A stretch of DNA of 32,650 bases from a virus (taxonomy: Duplodnaviria > Caudoviricetes). Below are positions 26,155-32,650 of the stretch, piece by piece. Each line of letters starts with the position of its first letter. Positions within the stretch are counted from its first letter, which is position 1. The DNA is taken from the IMG/VR virus record IMGVR_UViG_3300020045_012556, positions 1 through 32,650 of that record. One strand, 5' to 3'. The position numbers and the translations under genes were made by a program. A model generated the notes under the pieces. That model worked only from the letters and a program-made list of their open reading frames with translations, did no database searches and was not told where the DNA came from.

Positions 26155-26287
26155 TGTGTAATACCGGCAATTGGAAACGCCGCCGATGAACTAAAACAAT
26201 TAAACTCATCACTGTTAGGGGTTTAAGATTTGTTTTTTAAAACAAATTCGGGATTATTTCTTATAGGGTTCGACTCCCGTTACGCAT
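26155..26287 (+). ncRNA. Second tRNA-like RNA with a long structured insert
   Basis: Acceptor-like TGTGTAA/TTACGCA, D-like CGGC-AATTGGAAAC-GCCG, T-like GGG-TTCGACT-CCC; ~80-nt insert. Confidence 0.6.
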
Positions 26288-26303
26288 TTTTATTTTTTTT
26301 TGC

Positions 26304-26331
26304 TTGACATTTTTATGTGACTATGTTTAAT
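26304..26331 (+). promoter_or_regulatory. Promoter upstream of the major capsid gene
   Basis: TTGACA-16-TTTAAT. Confidence 0.6.
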
Positions 26332-26372
26332 TAAGTCTGAAAGAAAATTTCTACATTATTAACCTCTCCCAG

Positions 26373-26500
26373 CCGTGTGGGCAATCACGGGAAAAAAGGG
26401 CTTGACCTTTAAAATCAAGGTAGGACTCGGCTTCACCGGGAAAATATCTTTTTTAAATTGGTCAGGCTTTTTTTTTGTGTCCTGACCGGGACAAACACAA
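26373..26500 (+). promoter_or_regulatory. Structured 5' leader of the major capsid gene with mutually exclusive helices
   Basis: GGTCAGG (26460-26466) is complementary to both CTTGACC (26401-26407) and CCTGACC (26481-26487); TGTCC/GGACA hairpin over the RBS region. Confidence 0.55.
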
Positions 26501-27703
26501 ATGGCAAACACTGTATCTAAAGCAACTCTATACACAGACGTACTTGATGGACTAGTAAGAGCTGGACTCACATCTCAGATTTTAACCGCAAATGAAAACA
26601 ACATTAAATACAACGGCGGCGGGACCGTTGAAATAGCTAAACTGTCGATGGGTGGTTATGGCGATTATAGTAGATCGGCTGGTTATCCGGCAGGAGCGGC
26701 AGTTCTCGCGTGGGAAGCGCACACTATTTCACAGGATCGCGGAATTGCATTTAATATCGACGTTATGGATCAGGATGAGACGATGAATACCTTGTCAACA
26801 TCCAATTTGATTGCAGAGTTTACAAAAACTCAGTCAATACCGGAAATTGATTCCTATCGTTACTCAACTATTTTTTCTAAAATCGTTGATGATGCAACTG
26901 TCCGTTACAGTTATTACACACCGGCAGTCGCAACAATTTTAACTGCTATTACCGACGATATCGCGGATATGCAGGATGTGATCGGAGAGGCTGAACCGCT
27001 AACGTGTTTTATTTCAGGTGCGGCGTATAAATATCTTATAGGATCGACTGAACTTGATAAATCAATCAGCGTCCAGAACGTAACCGGCGAAAACGGAATT
27101 CAGACAAAATCTTACAGTATTAACGGAGTGAAACTTGTCGTTGTTCCATCCGCCCGCATGAAAACAGAATACGCATTTTCTGCGACAAACGGATTTTCTG
27201 CGAAAACTTGGGCGCAGGATATAAATTATATTTTGATGGCGAACAGTGCAGCAGTCGCGTTTGTGAAACACAACAAACTAAAAGTTTTTACTGCTGATGT
27301 GAATCAGTCATCCGATGGTGATCTCATACAGGCACGTATGTATCATGATTTGTGGGTGTACGAAAATAAACATGATTGTATTTACGTTAGTCTGAAAACT
27401 GCAACCGTCGACGCAGTAGCCGGAACAATCGCAGGCGGAACAAACAAAGTTGAAATTACAATTACTGATTATGTAGCATTACTCGCAGCTAATCCGGGTC
27501 ACAAATGGTACTATCTCGACACTGACAGTGCAACCGCGTATACCGTTCCAGCGTGTTACGATGATTTGACAATTACGTCATGGACTGAGATCACATCAGC
27601 CGCAAAAGTTACAGTCACAATGACTGCGACTCATGTATGCGCAGTTGTCCAGCTCGATGAAAACGGAAGAATCATTGAGTTTACACAGGCAGTATCTGCA
27701 TAA
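26501..27703 (+). CDS. Major capsid protein with C-terminal extension
   Basis: YNGG.TV.I.K....G..DY.R..GY, QDRG..F.ID.MD.DET, PEIDSYR, R.YHDLWV.ENK motifs. Confidence 0.92.
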   Translation: MANTVSKATLYTDVLDGLVRAGLTSQILTANENNIKYNGGGTVEIAKLSMGGYGDYSRSAGYPAGAAVLAWEAHTISQDRGIAFNIDVMDQDETMNTLSTSNLIAEFTKTQSIPEIDSYRYSTIFSKIVDDATVRYSYYTPAVATILTAITDDIADMQDVIGEAEPLTCFISGAAYKYLIGSTELDKSISVQNVTGENGIQTKSYSINGVKLVVVPSARMKTEYAFSATNGFSAKTWAQDINYILMANSAAVAFVKHNKLKVFTADVNQSSDGDLIQARMYHDLWVYENKHDCIYVSLKTATVDAVAGTIAGGTNKVEITITDYVALLAANPGHKWYYLDTDSATAYTVPACYDDLTITSWTEITSAAKVTVTMTATHVCAVVQLDENGRIIEFTQAVSA

Positions 27704-27710
27704 TTTAAAC

Positions 27711-27738
27711 GCCGCCTCTTAACCGGGGCGGTTATTTT
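27711..27738 (+). terminator. Intrinsic terminator after the MCP gene
   Basis: GCCGCCTC-TTAACC-GGGGCGGT followed by TATTTT. Confidence 0.7.
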
Positions 27739-27757
27739 AATTTAAGGATTTTTTAAA

Positions 27758-27928
27758 ATGGATAATGAAAAAGAAATAATCCCTGAACCTGAAGCGAAAA
27801 AGATTAAAGAACCGGAAGCGAAAAAGCCTGAAAGTAATCGCGTATCGTTTATAAAAAAAGGCGTAACACGTATTCGGGATAAATCGGAAATTGGCGAAAT
27901 GCTTAAAAATGGCTGGGAAATTAAATAA
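27758..27928 (+). CDS. 56-aa hypothetical protein with EPEAKK repeat
   Basis: AAGGA SD; TAATG coupling to the next gene. Confidence 0.65.
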   Translation: MDNEKEIIPEPEAKKIKEPEAKKPESNRVSFIKKGVTRIRDKSEIGEMLKNGWEIK

Positions 27929-28305
27929 TGTATGCGTCGTTAACATATTATCGCAATACGTATGTAGGTCGCATATGCTCTGATGATACTGAGTTAACAC
28001 GCCTATTAACAAGAGCGTCAAACGCTATTGACTTGTATTGCGCGTATGGTTTTACATATGCAGATTTAACAACTCAGTTTAAAAGTCTCATAGATTCTGC
28101 AACGTGCGCCGAAGCTGAAAATTATTTAGTTAATGGCGACGGACTCGACACGTTTTCAAGTGCGTCTTTGGGTGCGTTTTCTTTTAGCGGTGGAAAACAA
28201 AAATCAGCGCCAGAACTTTCAGACAATTGTTTGAAATATTTATATTTAACAGGCTATGCGTTTAGAGGGGTGCAGCAATGCAGCAAATTCCGCGTCGAAT
28301 GTTAA
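27928..28305 (+). CDS. Head-tail connector (adaptor) protein
   Basis: MYA...YY...Y.G......RLL.RAS..ID, S.SLG.FS.S, YL..TG..FRG pattern. Confidence 0.85.
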   Translation: MYASLTYYRNTYVGRICSDDTELTRLLTRASNAIDLYCAYGFTYADLTTQFKSLIDSATCAEAENYLVNGDGLDTFSSASLGAFSFSGGKQKSAPELSDNCLKYLYLTGYAFRGVQQCSKFRVEC

Positions 28306-28598
28306 TTCATAATATTATTTTACGTCCGGTTTTAAACAAAGATGAATATGGAAACAGAACGTTTTCTGCATCGGCAGCAATTTCTTACGTGCGTTGCGAA
28401 CCGTCGAAAAGAAATGCGTTGGCATCGCTAGGAGAAATGAAGGATGACAAGTTAATTTTATTTTACGATTGTTTTAATTCCGAACCGCAAACTTTAACTT
28501 TTAATCTTAATGATGAAGTTGAATTTAACAGTCAGAAATATACGATTCGTGATTTTAAAGATTTTAGTCCGCATCATTTAGAGATATTTTTAAAATGA
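28278..28598 (+). CDS. Head closure protein (A118 'minor capsid' type)
   Basis: IPRRMLIH, D.YG, VR.EP, LFYD..NS, PHHLEI.L. Confidence 0.8.
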   Translation: MQQIPRRMLIHNIILRPVLNKDEYGNRTFSASAAISYVRCEPSKRNALASLGEMKDDKLILFYDCFNSEPQTLTFNLNDEVEFNSQKYTIRDFKDFSPHHLEIFLK

Positions 28599-28936
28599 AA
28601 GTGCAAGTTGACTTTAACGCGGAAGGAGCTAGGCGACGTATTGAGGGAAACCTTAACCGCGTTCAAGCCGCACTGGATGGACAAGTTTTAAAAGATTCGA
28701 ATTATTTTTGTCCGCAAGATCAAGATTTGCTTATAGACTCAAGCATTATCGCAAGCGAACCATTAGGGCAGGGTATTTTAATTTGGGATACAGCGTATGC
28801 GAAAAAACAATATTACGAGTTACCAAATAAAAGCAAGGATAAAAATCCGAATGCACGCATGAAATGGTTTGAAGTTGCGAAAGCTCAAAATTTGAAAAAG
28901 TGGATCGATATCAGCAATGCTCAATATAATCAGTGA
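28595..28936 (+). CDS. Neck / tail completion protein (A118 'minor capsid 2' type)
   Basis: QVLKDSNYFCP.D...L..S, W.T.YA.KQYY, P.A...WFE.AK. Confidence 0.85.
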   Translation: MKVQVDFNAEGARRRIEGNLNRVQAALDGQVLKDSNYFCPQDQDLLIDSSIIASEPLGQGILIWDTAYAKKQYYELPNKSKDKNPNARMKWFEVAKAQNLKKWIDISNAQYNQ

Positions 28937-29309
28937 AGTTAATAAATATCTTTTAACAAAAATTACTCCATATTGCGCTGTTATTTCTCAAAACGCATGG
29001 ACTGGAATTTCTGAAGATATTATTTGCAGAACCGATCCGGGCTCAAGTGATTTTTTATATTTTGACGGTGCAAGAAAAGGAATATTAAATTTTAGTTATT
29101 ATTGTAAAAGCAAAAATCAGGTTACTGCAAGAAATCAACTTGAAACAATTATTGCGACACTTGATTTGCAAAATATCGAAATAACAACCGGTCTTTTATG
29201 TGATAGTTTGCAGGCTGTTACAGTTCCCGTGTATGTACAAAAAACAGAAACTGGAGAACACATTTTTACTGCAAGTTTTAGATTAGAATATTTGAATCGG
29301 AGGATTTAA
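28917..29309 (+). CDS. Tail terminator protein
   Basis: Size and position before the tail tube gene; YFDG.R....F....KSKNQ..A pattern. Confidence 0.75.
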   Translation: MLNIISEVNKYLLTKITPYCAVISQNAWTGISEDIICRTDPGSSDFLYFDGARKGILNFSYYCKSKNQVTARNQLETIIATLDLQNIEITTGLLCDSLQAVTVPVYVQKTETGEHIFTASFRLEYLNRRI

Positions 29310-29312
29310 AAA

Positions 29313-30038
29313 ATGGCTTACACTTTTGAATTAAATTTCCAGAGGCTTTATGAAATTAACATAACGCCGAAAGAAGCAACTGCAACATGGGCTCGACTCG
29401 GAGTTGGAATATCTTCAGTCGATCCGTCAAACAACGAAACAAAAGCGCAGGATCGCTACATCGATGGCGACGGATACGCGGAAACGGAAGTGACAGGCGC
29501 GCAGTTTACTCTTGCGGTATCTGGACATAGAGCAAACGGCGACGCAGTTCAGGATTTTATTGCATCTCTCGAACACGAGCTAGGCGATAACAGAAAAACA
29601 CAGATAAGAATCACAGACAAAGCTGGTGAAATTAAAACTGGCAACGTAACTATATGTGACCTTGACATGGGTGGCGGTGACGCAGGCTCTAAGGTTGAAA
29701 TTTCTTTCAGCCTCGACGTTGCGGGAAAACCAACAATCACACCGAAAGCGGCAGCAACTGCATTGACAGCAACCGTTGGTGTTGGTGCGGCAGTTGGATC
29801 AACATCGTTTGCAGCAACTGTTACAAGTGGAAATCATCTTGCATACAAATTGCTTGCGGCATCGCCCGGAACAGTTTACGGCGGATCATATGTTGAAAAT
29901 GTACTGAACTACACGACTACAAATGATATTCCGGCAGTCGCAGGACAGTTCATGTGTATGTATGAAGTTACACCATACAATAGAGTTTTCAAATATCTTG
30001 AAGAAGCTCTTGTTTCTGGTGATATAAAAGCGGCGTAA
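29313..30038 (+). CDS. Major tail (tube) protein with C-terminal extension
   Basis: WARLG.GI....P..NE......Y.DGDG..ET.VTG.Q......GHR..GD..QDFI motif; GGAGG SD. Confidence 0.88.
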   Translation: MAYTFELNFQRLYEINITPKEATATWARLGVGISSVDPSNNETKAQDRYIDGDGYAETEVTGAQFTLAVSGHRANGDAVQDFIASLEHELGDNRKTQIRITDKAGEIKTGNVTICDLDMGGGDAGSKVEISFSLDVAGKPTITPKAAATALTATVGVGAAVGSTSFAATVTSGNHLAYKLLAASPGTVYGGSYVENVLNYTTTNDIPAVAGQFMCMYEVTPYNRVFKYLEEALVSGDIKAA

Positions 30039-30055
30039 GCGCAAGGAGTTTTTAG

Positions 30056-30403
30056 ATGGCGGGTTTTAAGTTCAAGGCAACAAAAATTGATTTTCCGATT
30101 GTAAACGAAAATGATGAAATGATAAAACATTATATCATCGACGTTGGCAGTGAACAGTTTCTAAGGGACGTTACTGCAAAAGGAAAATCAGTTGTTGCCG
30201 AATTGGAGACAATAGGCAAAGATGATATTGATAAATCAAAAGAATCGTTGAAGGGATTTATTGATATAGTATTCGGAATCGGTGAATTTGATTTTCTATT
30301 TGAAAAATTTGATAAAAATCTTTTTGCAATGATCGAACTTGTAAAGATAGCGTCAAAAGAAATAGAAAACAAATGGAACGAAAGGACAAAATCTTTTGTC
30401 TGA
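30056..30403 (+). CDS. Tail assembly chaperone
   Basis: Lies between the tube and tape measure genes; FID.VFG.G.FD.L pattern; AAGGAG SD. Confidence 0.75.
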   Translation: MAGFKFKATKIDFPIVNENDEMIKHYIIDVGSEQFLRDVTAKGKSVVAELETIGKDDIDKSKESLKGFIDIVFGIGEFDFLFEKFDKNLFAMIELVKIASKEIENKWNERTKSFV

Positions 30404-30932
30404 GTTCAATGTAATTTTAGATACGCCCCCGGAGCAGAGGTTTCCGGGGGTTATCCAAAAGACTGATTTCAAGCAAGTTCTCAAATTTTTTCGTGTTTTG
30501 TCTTTATCGGAATTTACGGAAGAAGAAAAAACAAGAATGATTTTAAGAATATTTTTTAACGAAATACCAAACGATCCAAAACTATGGGATTACATAATTG
30601 ATTTTATTTCGTGCGGCGTAAAAGACGGGAGCGATTCCGACAAAAGAGTTTTTGATTATAATATAGATCATGGCCGTTTGTTTTCTGCATTTTTACAAAC
30701 ATATGGGATAGATTTACGCACGGCAGAAATGCATTGGTGGGTTTTTTTTGAATTGTTTCAAGCGTTACCGGAAGATACAAAATTGATGAGTGTTGTTGAA
30801 ATCAGATCAAAAAAACCTGATAAAAATGACAGCCCTGAATACAAGAAGTCACTTAGGAAAATGCAGAACGCTTATAGAATCGAAGATAATAATCATAGCG
30901 CGCTTGAACGTGCGCTTGATGGGTGGGTTTAA
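30396..30932 (+). CDS. A118 Gp15-like tail assembly protein
   Basis: TDF..VL, FDY..D...L.SAF.Q.YGIDL...MHWW.F..LF..L.EDT....VV.IR motif; TTG start with AAGGA SD. Confidence 0.88.
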   Translation: MSEFNVILDTPPEQRFPGVIQKTDFKQVLKFFRVLSLSEFTEEEKTRMILRIFFNEIPNDPKLWDYIIDFISCGVKDGSDSDKRVFDYNIDHGRLFSAFLQTYGIDLRTAEMHWWVFFELFQALPEDTKLMSVVEIRSKKPDKNDSPEYKKSLRKMQNAYRIEDNNHSALERALDGWV

Positions 30933-32650
30933 TGGCTGACGGTTCGATAAAAATTGACACTAAAATTGATGGGTCAGGTTTAGATAAAAGTCTTTCTGAT
31001 ATTAAAAAAAATGTTAACAATTTTGGAAAATCTCTTGAATCTTCAATGCAAAAAGCAGCTATTGGAATTTCCGCACCTATAATTTTGGCTATGGGTTTTG
31101 CAGTCAAGGCGTTTGCAGAAGGAGCAAAAGGTGAAGCGCGTTTGAGATCGGCGATTGAGTCGAGCGGACAAGAAGTTGAAAAAACATATGTCAAATATGA
31201 TAAATTTGCAAACTCAATCATGGAGATAACAGACGTTGACGACGATGCCGTAAAAGCGATGATGGCGTTCGGGACTCAACTCGGCGTGACATCGGACGAC
31301 ATGGACGCGGCAGCAGAAGGTGCAATTGGACTATCAAAAATAACCGGGTCGGATTTGCAATCGTCAATGAAAATGGTGACGATGGCGATGTCTGGTAATT
31401 TTATGATGCTCGAAAGATTGTCACCTGAAATGCGAAACGCAAAAACAGATGCTGAAAAAATGGCAATCGCAAACAAATTAATGCAAAATGGTTTCAAACT
31501 TGCGAAAGCTGAAGGATTAACTTTTTCCGGTCAACTTTCAATAATGAAAAACAAATTTGAAGATTTATCAAAAGCGTTTGGAAAAATAATTGCAGAAGCG
31601 TTGACGCCGTTTGTAAAAATTATAAACGACATTATAAAAAAGTTTATGGATTTATCAGATACTACAAAAAAAGTAATAACTGCCGTACTGGCAATTGCAG
31701 CTGCTGTTCCACTTGTTATTTTAGCGTTTTATCAATTGGCTAAAGTTGTTGCAATAATAAAAGAAATTAAAATGGCGATGATGGGATTGAATGCAGTGAT
31801 TGCAGCAAATCCAATCGGAGCAATCGCAACTGTGATCTCTGCCGTGTGGATACCAGCTATTATTTTAGCCTACACGGAGTGGGATTATTTAGTAAAAAAG
31901 TTTGAAGAATTTAAAAAATATATTATCATTGGAACAATCATTGCGTCAATTTTAATGCCGTTTATGATTATATTACCGGCAGCAATTGTTTTTATAATTG
32001 CGATAATAAAAAATTGGAATAATCTTGTTGAATTTATGATTGTAGGTGCAGCACGTGCGCAAGCGGCGTTTTGGATTTTCGTTAGCAATGTTAAATTATT
32101 TTTTATATCAATGTTTAATTTGGTTCGGTTAATGTTTGCTGATTTAATAATCGTAATTGCTGAAGGATTATTTACCGCCATTGATAAAATATTAAAAACG
32201 GCTGAAAAAATTCCAGGGATAGGAAATAAATTTAAGGGCGTTTCAGATACCGTAAAAAAATATAAAAATGAATTAATCAGCCTTGCATTATCGCAAAAAA
32301 AATCTGCTTTGGAATCTCAGAAACAAGCACTTGATGAACAGAAAAATGTTGAAACTATGATGAACGCTGGAGTAGGCGCGGCTCAAATTGCAAGCGATGC
32401 AAGAAAAAAAGCATTAGCAGATCAGAAAAAGAACGATGCGAAATCGGTTGAGTCGGCGCAACGTGCAGCTGATTTAAAAATGGCCGCAGCAAAAAATGAA
32501 TCCGCAGTTATAGAAGAACAAATTTCAAAAATTACAGAATTGCAAAATAATTATTATACATTGGTACAGGATAATTTGTTAGCTATTGAAAAAAATCAAC
32601 TTGCAGTTGAAAACGGAATAATATCTGAAGACGATGCAAGGGAAAATAAT
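30932..32650 (+). CDS. Tail tape measure protein, N-terminal part (absent from the ORF track because it runs off the end)
   Basis: ATG at 30932 (TAATG coupling): MADGSIKIDTKIDGSGLDK...; contains ANPIGA; frame continues into 1-2209. Confidence 0.93.
   Translation, partial: MADGSIKIDTKIDGSGLDKSLSDIKKNVNNFGKSLESSMQKAAIGISAPIILAMGFAVKAFAEGAKGEARLRSAIESSGQEVEKTYVKYDKFANSIMEITDVDDDAVKAMMAFGTQLGVTSDDMDAAAEGAIGLSKITGSDLQSSMKMVTMAMSGNFMMLERLSPEMRNAKTDAEKMAIANKLMQNGFKLAKAEGLTFSGQLSIMKNKFEDLSKAFGKIIAEALTPFVKIINDIIKKFMDLSDTTKKVITAVLAIAAAVPLVILAFYQLAKVVAIIKEIKMAMMGLNAVIAANPIGAIATVISAVWIPAIILAYTEWDYLVKKFEEFKKYIIIGTIIASILMPFMIILPAAIVFIIAIIKNWNNLVEFMIVGAARAQAAFWIFVSNVKLFFISMFNLVRLMFADLIIVIAEGLFTAIDKILKTAEKIPGIGNKFKGVSDTVKKYKNELISLALSQKKSALESQKQALDEQKNVETMMNAGVGAAQIASDARKKALADQKKNDAKSVESAQRAADLKMAAAKNESAVIEEQISKITELQNNYYTLVQDNLLAIEKNQLAVENGIISEDDARENN
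32530..32650. repeat. Terminal direct repeat, right copy
   Basis: Identical to 1-121. Confidence 0.97.

Noticed and set aside
26155-26287. tmRNA
   Set aside because: Far too short, has a paired D-like stem, lacks the G3-U70 alanine determinant and has no convincing tag ORF
30385-30403. Lambda G/GT-type -1 frameshift between the two tail chaperones
   Set aside because: The downstream ORF is in the +1 frame, no XXXYYYZ heptamer is evident, and it has its own AAGGA SD and TTG start
139-32181. Numerous antisense or nested ORFs in the track (e.g. 139-441, 1729-2181, 8334-8651, 12325-12675, 14939-15250, 25516-26049, 30853-31221, 31885-32181)
   Set aside because: They shadow well-supported genes or RNA elements on the other strand and show no recognisable motifs
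1-32650. Stop-codon reassignment
   Set aside because: Core genes are full length under the standard bacterial code, and gaps are explained by small coupled ORFs or RNA elements

Overview
This window is an apparently complete, AT-rich tailed-phage genome of about 32,529 bp. Positions 1-121 are repeated at 32530-32650, and the break falls inside the tape-measure gene. The + strand (about 20.1 kb through the end, then 1-7254) carries a nuclease, the terminase, an A118/LL-H-like head and non-contractile tail module, tail-tip and receptor-binding genes, and a lysis cassette. That cassette has holin-like proteins, a C39-like peptidase, a DUF1353-like protein and a unimolecular-spanin-like lipoprotein that implies a diderm host. 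The - strand (about 7.2-19.8 kb) carries early and replication genes: two ribbon-helix-helix proteins, a TOPRIM primase-helicase, a Sak4-like ATPase, a DUF669-like SSB, a Cas4-like nuclease, a MazG-like protein, an SF2 helicase and many small ORFs. I recognised no integrase, polymerase or CRISPR array. The most notable elements are absent from the ORF track: (i) a 44-aa stand-alone class III ribonucleotide reductase glycyl-radical peptide inside the lysis cassette; (ii) two tRNA-like RNAs with acceptor, D and T arms but an expanded, non-canonical anticodon domain; (iii) a kissing-loop/terminator leader RNA upstream of the primase operon; (iv) a switch-like leader before the major capsid gene; (v) a four-promoter regulon sharing a palindromic operator at an identical position. 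All family assignments come from motif recognition by eye, not database searches.
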